A DNA stretch of 39,914 nucleotides, taken from the NCBI GenBank assembly GCA_035382965.1, contig DAOTAZ010000001.1, positions 1 to 39,914 on the forward strand. The letters run 5' to 3'. The notes under the pieces are model-generated. The model saw only the letters and a program-made list of their open reading frames with translations. It had not been told where the DNA came from and did not search any database. Shown here one piece after another: positions 26,195 to 35,009 of this stretch. The DNA comes from Chitinispirillaceae bacterium. Its GTDB lineage: Bacteria > Fibrobacterota > Chitinivibrionia > Chitinivibrionales > Chitinispirillaceae. A program made the translations under genes and the position numbers. Every line of letters begins with the position of its first letter. The stretch's first letter is position 1.

Positions 26195-26928
26195 TGAAGG
26201 ATATGATTCTTTTCCCTGAGGATATTGACCAGTTAAATGCAGTGTTATCGCAACTGGTCCTCAAGGCCAACCTTTTACTCGCTGTTCTGATCAACAAAGA
26301 CGGACGGTTACTCACAAGTCAGGGAAGCCTTGAAATCGTAGACACGGTCTCCATGGCAGCACTGGTGGCAGGAAACTCTGCTTCTACTCTGGCAATCGCC
26401 AATCTCATGGGAGAGACCGAGTTTTCAACAATGTATCATCAGGGAAAAGAGAAGCACATCTATATCGCTGTCGTTGACGAAAATACTTTTCTTGCTCTGG
26501 TATTTGATGATCGTACCAATATTGACAGAGTTAAAGTGTTCGCGCGGCAGTTCGACAGACAACTTAAACAATCTCTTGAGCAAGTCTACAACAAAACAGA
26601 AGATCAGATCGATCTTGATCTGGGTATGGGTTATGATCCGATGTCGCAGCAGCAATCCTACCCGGAGACTTTTATGAGTGATCAGGCGTTTTCTGAGCCT
26701 CAGCAAAACCCGATTGCTTTTCCGGAAAGCAGCCCCCCGGTTCAAAACTTCGTTCCTCCTGAACAAATGGCTCCCATGCCCCAGCCATCAGAATATAAAC
26801 AAGCTTCTGATGAAGAGGTTTTTTATATTGAATCGATGCAGAAGAAAAAGATGGCTGAGTCTAACGATACCAACCGTCTGTATCTGAAGAATAAAATCAG
26901 AGAGACAAAAATTAAAAAAGATAAATAA
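26194..26928 (+). CDS. mglB: MglB-like Roadblock/LC7 domain protein (predicted MglA GAP) with P/Q-rich C-terminal extension
   Basis: 244 aa. The ATG overlaps the mglA TGA by 1 nt (TGATG). Residues ~10-135 (LNAVLSQLVLKANLLLAVLINKDGRLLTSQG...ALVAGNSASTLAIANLMGETEF...IYIAVVDENTFLALVFDDRTN) align with M. xanthus MglB from memory. Confidence 0.85.
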   Translation: MKDMILFPEDIDQLNAVLSQLVLKANLLLAVLINKDGRLLTSQGSLEIVDTVSMAALVAGNSASTLAIANLMGETEFSTMYHQGKEKHIYIAVVDENTFLALVFDDRTNIDRVKVFARQFDRQLKQSLEQVYNKTEDQIDLDLGMGYDPMSQQQSYPETFMSDQAFSEPQQNPIAFPESSPPVQNFVPPEQMAPMPQPSEYKQASDEEVFYIESMQKKKMAESNDTNRLYLKNKIRETKIKKDK

Positions 26929-26929
26929 C

Positions 26930-27202
26930 TTACCAACCTGCCACTGTCTTTACAACTAGCATCAAAATCAGGATAAGAAGCACAAAGCCGGTTATTGTTT
27001 GCCAGGAAAGGACTGTTTTCCCGGATCCAAATTCTCTTTCTTTAATCTCCTGATATGTGTCATCCTCATCAGGCAGATCGATTCCATCTAAATACCTTTC
27101 CGGTGACCATCCGGTATTTTCATCAGAACCGCAATGGGGACATGCTTTGGCTTTAAGAGAAATTTCACCACCACAATATGGACAATTTACACTTTGATTC
27201 AT
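26930..27202 (-). CDS. Small zinc-ribbon protein with C-terminal TM helix
   Basis: 90 aa. CPYCGG...CPHCG is a four-Cys zinc ribbon. An acidic linker follows, then the TM helix ITGFVLLILILMLVV. Confidence 0.6.
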   Translation of the reverse strand: MNQSVNCPYCGGEISLKAKACPHCGSDENTGWSPERYLDGIDLPDEDDTYQEIKEREFGSGKTVLSWQTITGFVLLILILMLVVKTVAGW

Positions 27203-27326
27203 GATATCCTCTTATTAAAATAATTAAGACCCGTCACCGGTATTATTTTCTTCATGGTTACCCTGGGGTAACTCCGTGATTTGAATTATTAAATCACGAG
27301 GTCACCACTAAAAAAAAAGAACTATT

Positions 27327-28178
27327 ATGATATTAGCACCAACTTTATTGAACATTTTTCTGGGGCCGGTCTTTCTGGGAGGAATGGCATCACTGCTGTT
27401 TGGATACCAGAAGCATTCCAGCAGGAAACCGGGGCTACTGTTCCATTCCATACTGGATAAACCCCAATGGAATATGTCTCAGTATTCCACAGAACGGTTC
27501 AGATCTCTTCTTGCTGAATTGAAAAAAAACTCTCTTTCAACAGTATCCCTGAAACAATTCAGTTGTCCCGGGGATAAACCCGGCGAAGTCTTATTGACAT
27601 TTGATGATGGATTCGAGAACATATACCATAATGCGATTCTGGCACTTGAAGATTACGGATTCAAGGCAAGCATTTTCTGTGTTGCAGGATTTGTCGGGAA
27701 GGATTCCACCTGGGATGTCTACAGAAGCAGCAGGCAGTTAACAAAATCACAGATCTCAGAAATCTCCTCCCTGGGTCACGAAATTGGCAGCCACACACTG
27801 ACACATGCCAATCTCCCCTATCTCAGCAGCAGCAATCTGGAAAAGGAACTGAAGGAATCGAAGCAGAGACTTGAGGACATTACAGGAAGAGCTGTTACAA
27901 GTATTTCTTTTCCTTACGGGAGCTGCACCCGTCGTGTATGGGATAAAGTCAAGGAAACAGGATATACTCAGGCAGCGCTTTACAGAGACACTTCTTTTTC
28001 GGATCCGGATCTTTACTCTGTTTATGGTGTCTACAGGTTTGATAGGGTCAATGATGTCATGGAGAGGCTGTCAAAAAAAGGGTTTTGTGCTTCAGCGGCA
28101 CGAGCCAGGATGATGTCGCATTTTTCCAAAGGATCCCCGGTCTGGAAATTCAGAGAAGACTATATTACCGTTCTGTAA
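27327..28178 (+). CDS. Polysaccharide deacetylase (NodB homology domain, CE4)
   Basis: 283 aa with an N-terminal TM segment. LLTFDDGFENIYHNA (TFDDG motif), HEIGSHTLTHANL (His motif) and SFPYGS are NodB-domain motifs. Confidence 0.8.
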   Translation: MILAPTLLNIFLGPVFLGGMASLLFGYQKHSSRKPGLLFHSILDKPQWNMSQYSTERFRSLLAELKKNSLSTVSLKQFSCPGDKPGEVLLTFDDGFENIYHNAILALEDYGFKASIFCVAGFVGKDSTWDVYRSSRQLTKSQISEISSLGHEIGSHTLTHANLPYLSSSNLEKELKESKQRLEDITGRAVTSISFPYGSCTRRVWDKVKETGYTQAALYRDTSFSDPDLYSVYGVYRFDRVNDVMERLSKKGFCASAARARMMSHFSKGSPVWKFREDYITVL

Positions 28179-28239
28179 ACTTCCATTTCTCCACCATTGT
28201 TGTTTTTAAAGGAAACTGTAATTATTTTGTTCTAAGATT

Positions 28240-29307
28240 ATGGGAAACAGATTTTTTACAATACAACAGATACTGGATGAGACGGATGGCAGAGCCGGAA
28301 TGACGGTCAGGTATACCGGAACTGGTGCCATGCTGTTCTCCGAATTCGGAGCGCGGCTTCTGGGGCTTTTTCCAGACAAATCCGGTCTCAACCTGCTCTG
28401 GCTTGCACACGACCTGAGAGAAAAAATCGACAACCGCAGTTGGCTTACCGGTGGGGAAAGATTGTGGATCGCTCCTCAAAGAGATTATTTCTTTGAAAAC
28501 CCCCGTGATTTCGAGGGTTTCAGAGTCTCGCCGGAAATAGATCCCGGAGTATATAAACAAAACGGGGATCTTCATTATGAAAACATCTTCTCTCTGCTTG
28601 ATTACATGAGAAACCGGATATACGCGGAAAGCCTGGCAAGCAGGCGTTTTCAGCCAATCGATGACCCGTATTGCAGCGGTCTGCCATATGCTGGTGTAAA
28701 GATTACCGATCACCTGTCGATCTCAAGCCCGGGCCTCGACCTCTGTCCCTGGTCAGTATCGATGGTCAATTCTTGCGGCCCGGGAAACCCTGGTACTGCA
28801 CTTTTTCCGGTCAGAAACAACCCCTCACTTCTCAGCTACTTTGATCCCGTTCCACCGGACAGAGTATCACTGGGAAACGGCTACGCCCGCTTCCTTCTTG
28901 ATTCCAGAATGCATCTGAAACTGGCAATAAATCCGGAAAACATTGTCTGGGAGAACCCTGCCAAGATCCTCTATGTTTCTCCTTTCCCGGACCGTCCCGA
29001 ATGGTTCTGCGTTATCAAGAGAAGCGATGATCTCCCCAGAAATCAGGATGAGTGTGTCGATATATCCATGAGCAATCCCACAGGACCCAAGGGAGCAATC
29101 CAGGTATACAACAATCTTTCCGAAGATCACGAGAGACTCTGCTACGGGGAGATTGAACTGCAGTTAACAAAAGGCAGATCAGTTGACGGGAGGACCATCA
29201 GCACTGCTACTCATGAACTGCTCGGTTACAGCGGAACCAGAGATGAAATACTGGATCTGGCCGGCAAGGTGTTAGGTATCGACTGCAAACCCGAAATTTA
29301 CTGCTGA
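28240..29307 (+). CDS. Hypothetical protein (possibly beta-sandwich, mutarotase-like)
   Basis: 355-aa ORF with protein-like composition. The motif WLTGGERLWIAPQ vaguely recalls mutarotase-like DUF families, unverified. No clear SD; internal Met at codons 21 and 31 are alternative starts. Confidence 0.55.
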   Translation: MGNRFFTIQQILDETDGRAGMTVRYTGTGAMLFSEFGARLLGLFPDKSGLNLLWLAHDLREKIDNRSWLTGGERLWIAPQRDYFFENPRDFEGFRVSPEIDPGVYKQNGDLHYENIFSLLDYMRNRIYAESLASRRFQPIDDPYCSGLPYAGVKITDHLSISSPGLDLCPWSVSMVNSCGPGNPGTALFPVRNNPSLLSYFDPVPPDRVSLGNGYARFLLDSRMHLKLAINPENIVWENPAKILYVSPFPDRPEWFCVIKRSDDLPRNQDECVDISMSNPTGPKGAIQVYNNLSEDHERLCYGEIELQLTKGRSVDGRTISTATHELLGYSGTRDEILDLAGKVLGIDCKPEIYC

Positions 29308-29513
29308 TCAGATTCCGGAATAATATCCACAGCAAAGGGTCCCCTGGAAGTCCTTACAAGCCGGAATTTAACCAGTTGCCCCTCATTTACAATCCGGTAA
29401 CCGGTCTTTCTGATCTCTCTGTAGGAAAAACGGATAACTCCCGGCTCACAGTCCGACTCAATAAACCCGCAGCCAACTATATCATTAAAGAAGCGTACTC
29501 TTCCGTTCTGCAT
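29298..29513 (-). CDS. Divergent cold-shock-domain (CspA-like) protein
   Basis: 71 aa. GRVRFFNDIVGCGFIE (RNP1-like) ... IRFSY (RNP2-like) ... GYRIVNEGQLVKFRL follows the order and spacing of a CSD. It starts 8 nt after the mtnA stop. Confidence 0.6.
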   Translation of the reverse strand: MQNGRVRFFNDIVGCGFIESDCEPGVIRFSYREIRKTGYRIVNEGQLVKFRLVRTSRGPFAVDIIPESDQQ

Positions 29514-29521
29514 ACCAGCTC

Positions 29522-30580
29522 TCAGCCCTTTTTTCCGAGTACTTCTGCCAGATTCCTTTCGTAAGGAGGAGTGATTACCCCTTTGTCAGTGATAAAAGCA
29601 CTGATCAGATGAGACGGAGTAACATCAAAAGCGGGGTTATACACTTTTACGCCTGAAGGAGCGGTCTGCTTTCCAAATCCACAGGTTACCTCTTCCGGAC
29701 CCCGTTCCTCGATAGGGATCTCTTTCCCTGTATGGAGCGAGAGATCAAAAGTGGAAAAAGGAGCTGCGACATAAAAAGGTATTCCATGAGCCCTTGCCAG
29801 AAGAGCGACACCATAGGTACCAATTTTGTTGGCGGTATCACCGTTACTGGTAATCCTGTCTGCCCCCACAATCACCGCGTCAATTCTCCCTCCAGCCATC
29901 ACCGATGCAGCCATGTTATCACAGATCAGTGTAACAGGAATTCCGGCCTGTGACAGCTCAAAAGCGGTGATTCTGGCCCCCTGAAGCAGTGGACGGGTTT
30001 CATCTGCATAGACATTGAATATTATTCCCTGCTCTGCTCCAACATAAACAGGAGCGAGTGCGGTTCCATATTCTGCCGTGGCCAGTCCTCCTGCATTGCA
30101 GTGCGTTAGAATCGTTTTTTTCCCTTTCAATAACTCCAACCCGGCCTCACCTATCGCCCGCCCGGTTCTCCTGTCTTCTTCAAGAATCTCAATTGCCTCA
30201 TCTAATATTTTTTCTTTTGTTTCCTTTATTGAGGCACCATTCTCGATGCTCTGTACTCCTGTACGATTAATTCTCTCCAGAGCCCAGAAGAGGTTTACTG
30301 CAGTGGGTCTGGAACCAGCGAGGTATGTAGCTTTACTGTTTAGATTTTCGATGAACTCCTGAGATGATCCGCTTTCAGGAAAACCCCTTATGCCGAGGTA
30401 GATACCAAAAGCCGCTGCAATGCCAATGGCAGGTGCTCCTCTGACCTTAAGCACCTTAATCGCATCATACATGCTTTCAATAGTGTCTATTGTTTCGTAA
30501 TGTAACTCAAGAGGCAGTTTTGTCTGATCTACAATGACTACAGAGTTTTCCTTCCACTCTATAGTTTTAATCCGCGGCAT
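29522..30580 (-). CDS. mtnA: S-methyl-5-thioribose-1-phosphate isomerase
   Basis: I prefer the ATG at 30580 (MPRIKTIEWKENSVVIVDQTKLP) over the track start at 30664, because GGAGG lies 7-8 nt upstream and this is the usual MtnA N-terminus. VRGAPAIGIAAAFG and ADRITSNGDTANKIGTY are eIF2B-related family motifs. Confidence 0.88.
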   Translation of the reverse strand: MPRIKTIEWKENSVVIVDQTKLPLELHYETIDTIESMYDAIKVLKVRGAPAIGIAAAFGIYLGIRGFPESGSSQEFIENLNSKATYLAGSRPTAVNLFWALERINRTGVQSIENGASIKETKEKILDEAIEILEEDRRTGRAIGEAGLELLKGKKTILTHCNAGGLATAEYGTALAPVYVGAEQGIIFNVYADETRPLLQGARITAFELSQAGIPVTLICDNMAASVMAGGRIDAVIVGADRITSNGDTANKIGTYGVALLARAHGIPFYVAAPFSTFDLSLHTGKEIPIEERGPEEVTCGFGKQTAPSGVKVYNPAFDVTPSHLISAFITDKGVITPPYERNLAEVLGKKG

Positions 30581-30740
30581 TTTTTTAATCCTCCCGGAGA
30601 AGAGTAATCTAAGTTTATAATCTCTGAGTGACTTCAGGATTATTACATTGGAATCCTTAATCACCTCTGATGCGTGAACTGTCTTCTGATGCTATCCAGA
30701 GAGGAATTCGAAAAAACACCAGAAATAATCCTCACAGCAA

Positions 30741-30796
30741 TAAAAAAAACTCACTTCAGGACTGTTTATACCTACAGCTCATTCTGAAGTGAGTTG
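30741..30796 (-). terminator. Rho-independent terminator downstream of the EF-G paralogue
   Basis: Hand-paired: 30748-30761 with 30782-30795 (14 bp, one G:U), plus an inner 4-bp helix CTGT/ACAG. On the minus strand it is followed by a run of 8 U (A-run 30742-30749). It begins 18 nt after the stop at 30814. Confidence 0.65.
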
Positions 30797-30813
30797 GTTT
30801 TTACGGAACTCGA

Positions 30814-32901
30814 TTAATCGGAAGATTCCTCTTCCTTCTTGTGGGCCTCAATAATCTTTTTCGCCAGTTCAGCAGGAACAGGCTCATAATGAGAAAATGT
30901 CTTTGTATAAAACCCTCTTCCCTGGGTAAGTGATCTCAGGGTTGTAGAGTAATTCTGAACCTCAGCTTCCGGGACTTTAGCGGTAATAGTCTGATTCTTA
31001 CCACTTGGACTCATTCCTCCGATTTTCCCCCGGCGTGAAGACAGATCTCCCATGATATCACCTGTATACTCTTCAGGAACTGTGACTTTCAGTTCCACAA
31101 CAGGTTCAAGAAGTATAGGCGATGCCATTTCAAAGGCTTTCTTAAAGACTTCGCGGCCGGCAATCTGGAAAGCTATATCCTTTGAGTCCACAGGATGTGT
31201 TTTTCCGTCAACCAGAGAGACTCTTACATCCACAATCGGATATCCGGCTATAATACCCTCTTCAAGCTTTGCGTGTATACCCTTATCGACACTGGGACGC
31301 AAAGGTTGATCAATAACTCCACCGACAATTTTGTCGACAAATTCGTAACCGCCACCACGAGGAAGAGGTTCCAGATCTATAAATACACGTGCGTACTGTC
31401 CTGCTCCACCCGACTGTTTCTTATGCGTATACTCGACATATTTTGCAGACTTGGTAATGGTTTCTCTGTAAGAGATTTTGGGTTGTTTTTTATCCACTTC
31501 CACTTTAAAACGATTTTTCAGGTTTTCCAGAATAACATCAATCTGAATATCGCCCATCGCAGAAAGGATAGATTGACGAATGTCCGGATGGAATTTATAG
31601 GTAAAGCTGATGTCTTCCTCACGAAGTTTATTGAGTCCTACCGCTATCTTATCTTCATCACCCTTCTGCTTGGCTGATATCGCTACACTGACAAGTGGTT
31701 CCGGAAGGTCAATAGGAGGAAATTTGAACTTCACACTCTTATCCACCAGGGAATCATTGGTATGAGTGTCTTTTAATTTCAGGAGTCCGCCGATATCCCC
31801 GGCGACAATCTCTGTTGCATCGGTGCGTTCCTTCCCTTTCAGGTAGTACATGTTACCGATACGCTCAGACATGCCTTTGGCGGTATTCAACACATCAGAG
31901 CCTGTTGTAAGTTTTCCGGAGAAAACCCTTGTAACGTTGATCTCGCCAAGATGCTCCTCAGAGATAGTCTTGAAGACAAACGCTGCAAGGGGTCCAGATT
32001 CCTGGCAGGGTATGGTTTTGGTTTCCCCGTTCTCGATAACCTCAACCTCTTTGCGGCTTTCTGCCGAGGGGCACAGATTTACAATTTTAGTAAGCAGTTG
32101 ATCGATTCCGATATTCAGAAGAGCACTTCCGACAAGAAGCGGATGAACACTTCCGGAGGCAATTCCTTTTGCCAGACCAGCTCTCAGTTCATCATCCGTC
32201 AATTCCCCTGCCTCAAAATACTTGTTCATGAGATCTTCATCTGTTTCAGCAACTGACTCCATCAGTGACTGCCTCAGAGAATCGACAGTGTCTTTCATAT
32301 CAGCAGGAATTTCGATTTTATTTCCGATGCCATTTCCATCACGGGTATATTCATAAGCTTCCCTGGCAACCAGGTCAACTACACCCTTAAAAGCAGCTCC
32401 GGCGGAGATTGGAATAACCAGAGGGGCGACACCTGTTCCGTAGGCTGATTTGACTGCATCCAGAGTTTTCTGGAAATTGGCGTTTTCCTTGTCCATTCCG
32501 TTTACAAAAAATATTCTCGGAAGCCCGGAATCATCGACATACGAAGAAACCAGTTCGGTACCGACCTGTATTGCATCAACCGCATCAACAAGGATGATAG
32601 CTGTTTCCACAACTCTGAGAGCGGCTTTTGCATCACTGAGGAAATCCAGGAATCCTGGAGTGTCAAGGAAATTAATCTTGGTGTCTTTCCATTCGCAGAA
32701 CCCCACATGCATCGAAATGGTCATTTTGCGTTCTTTTTCGTCGCTCCTGCTGTCAAAGATACTACTGCCATTATCGACTTTGCCCAGTTTGGAGGTAGAT
32801 TTGGAGGTGAAACAGGCAGCCTCCAGGAGGCTTGTTTTTCCTACACCACCATGAGAGAGAAGACAGACATTTCGAATCGATCCGGCCTGATATTTTTTCA
32901 T
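30814..32901 (-). CDS. Elongation factor G paralogue (EF-G2-like) with atypical G motifs
   Basis: 695 aa with EF-G length and domain order. Domain IV tip GKTHPVDSKDIAFQIAG is present, but G1 is SHGGVGKTS, G3 is DTPGFLDF and G4 is NGMD. RBS GGAGGA lies upstream. The gene is not in an rpsL-rpsG-fusA-tuf context. Confidence 0.85.
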   Translation of the reverse strand: MKKYQAGSIRNVCLLSHGGVGKTSLLEAACFTSKSTSKLGKVDNGSSIFDSRSDEKERKMTISMHVGFCEWKDTKINFLDTPGFLDFLSDAKAALRVVETAIILVDAVDAIQVGTELVSSYVDDSGLPRIFFVNGMDKENANFQKTLDAVKSAYGTGVAPLVIPISAGAAFKGVVDLVAREAYEYTRDGNGIGNKIEIPADMKDTVDSLRQSLMESVAETDEDLMNKYFEAGELTDDELRAGLAKGIASGSVHPLLVGSALLNIGIDQLLTKIVNLCPSAESRKEVEVIENGETKTIPCQESGPLAAFVFKTISEEHLGEINVTRVFSGKLTTGSDVLNTAKGMSERIGNMYYLKGKERTDATEIVAGDIGGLLKLKDTHTNDSLVDKSVKFKFPPIDLPEPLVSVAISAKQKGDEDKIAVGLNKLREEDISFTYKFHPDIRQSILSAMGDIQIDVILENLKNRFKVEVDKKQPKISYRETITKSAKYVEYTHKKQSGGAGQYARVFIDLEPLPRGGGYEFVDKIVGGVIDQPLRPSVDKGIHAKLEEGIIAGYPIVDVRVSLVDGKTHPVDSKDIAFQIAGREVFKKAFEMASPILLEPVVELKVTVPEEYTGDIMGDLSSRRGKIGGMSPSGKNQTITAKVPEAEVQNYSTTLRSLTQGRGFYTKTFSHYEPVPAELAKKIIEAHKKEEESSD

Positions 32902-33003
32902 GTATCCTCCATAGAAGTTCTGCTATTTAATTCAGAAAACCTGGAAAAAAACTGATTTTAAGCCGTATTTGCAGAGGGATCTCTGAAAAAGGCAAGATTT
33001 ATT

Positions 33004-33032
33004 AATATATAAATACGCCATTACCTGTGCAA
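33004..33032 (-). promoter_or_regulatory. Candidate sigma70-type promoter for the EF-G paralogue
   Basis: On the minus strand: TTGCAC (33032-33027), an exact 17-nt spacer, then TATATT (33009-33004). It lies about 100 nt upstream of the ATG at 32901. Pattern match only. Confidence 0.3.
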
Positions 33033-33112
33033 GAAGTCACATCTTTATTTTAAACGCTCAAGTCAGGTGACGCTTGTTGCAGTTTTGCCAGGAGGGTTTT
33101 CCCGGAGTATTT

Positions 33113-33154
33113 AAACAAAAAACCCCTGAAATTGTTTCTAAACAAATTCAGAGG
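33113..33154 (-). terminator. Rho-independent (structurally bidirectional) terminator after tRNA-Ala
   Basis: Hairpin 33123-33154 (about 13 bp, two mismatches). It is flanked by an A-run on its left (U-run on the minus strand) and TTTTTT (33155-33160) on its right. It starts 11 nt past the tRNA 3' end. Confidence 0.55.
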
Positions 33155-33164
33155 TTTTTTGTTA

Positions 33165-33237
33165 TGGAGCTGGACGGGTTCGAACCGACGACCCTCAGAC
33201 TGCCAGCCTGATGCTCTCCCAACTGAGCTACAGCCCC
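33165..33237 (-). tRNA. tRNA-Ala (anticodon GGC)
   Basis: Reverse complement GGGGCTGTAGCTCAGTTGGGAGAGCATCAGGCTGGCAGTCTGAGGGTCGTCGGTTCGAACCCGTCCAGCTCCA folds by hand. It has a 7-bp acceptor stem with the G3:U70 alanine identity pair, a GCTC/GAGC D stem, anticodon loop CTGGCAG and T loop TTCGAAC (one U:U in the T stem). The discriminator is A and CCA is not encoded. Confidence 0.92.
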
Positions 33238-33296
33238 TAAAGTTTATTAAAAATACAATCCTCTAAAGTAGGAGTCAAGCAATGACAGGCTTGTCC

Positions 33297-35009
33297 TTAC
33301 TTCCCCTCCCGCTTCATGATTTTTGCCCACTCATCCTTAAGAGTGACGGTGCGGTTAAAAACCGGTGAGCCTGGCCTGGAATCCGGGTCAACACAGAAAT
33401 ATCCGACACGCTCAAACTGAAAGCGTTCTCCGGGCTTTGCCTCTGAGAGTGATTGCTCCACCTTGCAGGAATTCAGAATTTTCAGGGAATCGGGATTGAG
33501 ATTGAGCATGAAATTACCCTCAGGCGCATCATCAGGGTCCTCTTTGCTGAACAGTTTTTCATAAAGCCTAATCTCTGCATCAACAGCATGTGCCTCTGAG
33601 ACCCAGTGAAGAGTAGCCTTCGGAGAACGTCCGTCAGGTGCAGCCCCTCCGCGTGTAGCAGGATCGTAGGTACAACGAAGTTCTACAATCTCCCCTGTGG
33701 CAGGATCTTTCACCACTTCCTTACAAGTGATAAAGTAGGCATACCTCAGTCTGACCTCACGGCCCGGAGCAAGCCTGAAGAATTTTTTCGGCGGTTCCTC
33801 CATAAAATCACCACGCTCAATATAAAGAATCTTTGAGAATGGAACTTTCCTTGTTCCCATCGATGGATCTTCAGGGTTGTTTACAGCATCGAGGAATTCC
33901 ACCTGTCCTTCGGGGTAATTCTCAATCACTACCTTCAGCGGTTCAAGGACCGCCATGACCCTGAGTGCTCTTTTATTTAGATCCTCTCTCAGGCAGTGTT
34001 CAAGAAGAGCATAATCGACAATACTGTCACGCTTAGCGACTCCGATACGCTCACAGAAGTTTCTTATCGACTCCGGAGTAAACCCTCTTCTGCGTAAACC
34101 CGAGAGTGTTGGCATCCTGGGATCATCCCAGCCGCTCACCACTTCATCCTTTACTAACTGCAGAAGCTTCCGTTTGCTCATTACAGTGTATGTAAGGTTG
34201 AGTCTGGCGAATTCGATCTGCCTGGGGTGATGAATCTTGAGCTGATCGAGAAACCAGTCGTAAAGCGGACGATGGCCTTCGTATTCAAGAGAACAGAGTG
34301 AGTGAGTGACTTTTTCTATTGAGTCCTCGAGGCCGTGAGCCCAGTCGTACATGGGATAGATAACCCATTTTGTCCCTGTACGGGGATGCGGAGCTTTCTT
34401 AATGCGATACATTACCGGATCGCGCATGTTGATATTGGGATGAGCCATATCGATTTTAGCCCTCAATACCTTCTCCCCCTCATCAAACTCCCCTCTGGCC
34501 ATGCGCTCGAAAAGATCGAGGTTTTCCTCAACAGTCCTGTTTCGATATGGGCTCTCTTTTCCCGGTTCTGTCAGGGTACCTCTGTACTGACGAATCTCCT
34601 CTGCGTTGAGATCATCTACATAGGCCTTTCCATCCTTTATCAACTGTATAGCCCAGTTGTACATCTGTTCGAAATATTCAGAGGCAAAATAGATTCTCTC
34701 TCCCCAGTCAAAGCCAAGCCAGCGCACATCATTTTCTATGGCATCGATATACTCCTGCTCCTCTTTTGCAGGATTAGTGTCGTCGAATCTGAGATGGCAC
34801 TCGCCATTGAACTCCTCAGCCATTCCGAAATCGATGCAGATTGCCTTTGCATGCCCGATGTGTAAATACCCGTTTGGCTCAGGAGGAAAGCGGGTCACTA
34901 CTCTCTCCCACTTGCCTGCACTCAGTTCCTCTTTAATAATTTCCCTGATAAAATTAGCCGTCTGTGCAGGAGGCTGTACATTTGATCCATTGCTTATAGA
35001 ATTATCCAT
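33297..35009 (-). CDS. glnS: Glutaminyl-tRNA synthetase
   Basis: I prefer the ATG at 35009 (MDNSISNG...; 570 aa), which overlaps the gltX stop by 8 nt. [17 protein letters not shown] (HIGH) and TVMSKRKL (KMSKS) motifs are present, and the GlnRS-type C-terminal anticodon-binding region has typical length. Confidence 0.92.
   Translation of the reverse strand: MDNSISNGSNVQPPAQTANFIREIIKEELSAGKWERVVTRFPPEPNGYLHIGHAKAICIDFGMAEEFNGECHLRFDDTNPAKEEQEYIDAIENDVRWLGFDWGERIYFASEYFEQMYNWAIQLIKDGKAYVDDLNAEEIRQYRGTLTEPGKESPYRNRTVEENLDLFERMARGEFDEGEKVLRAKIDMAHPNINMRDPVMYRIKKAPHPRTGTKWVIYPMYDWAHGLEDSIEKVTHSLCSLEYEGHRPLYDWFLDQLKIHHPRQIEFARLNLTYTVMSKRKLLQLVKDEVVSGWDDPRMPTLSGLRRRGFTPESIRNFCERIGVAKRDSIVDYALLEHCLREDLNKRALRVMAVLEPLKVVIENYPEGQVEFLDAVNNPEDPSMGTRKVPFSKILYIERGDFMEEPPKKFFRLAPGREVRLRYAYFITCKEVVKDPATGEIVELRCTYDPATRGGAAPDGRSPKATLHWVSEAHAVDAEIRLYEKLFSKEDPDDAPEGNFMLNLNPDSLKILNSCKVEQSLSEAKPGERFQFERVGYFCVDPDSRPGSPVFNRTVTLKDEWAKIMKREGK

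Noticed and set aside
30581-30664. 28-codon N-terminal extension of mtnA
   Set aside because: The GGAGG RBS sits directly before the internal ATG at 30580, and the conserved MtnA N-terminus begins there.
30666-30692. Direct repeat TCTGATGC x2 upstream of mtnA, and the idea of a SAM riboswitch in the mtnA leader
   Set aside because: The leader does not resemble the SAM-I/S-box consensus as I remember it, and an 8-mer repeat alone is weak evidence.
33100-33300. tRNA-Ala as an integration hotspot or genomic-island boundary
   Set aside because: There is no integrase, no direct repeat of the tRNA 3' end, and no compositional break visible on either side. The flanking genes are housekeeping.
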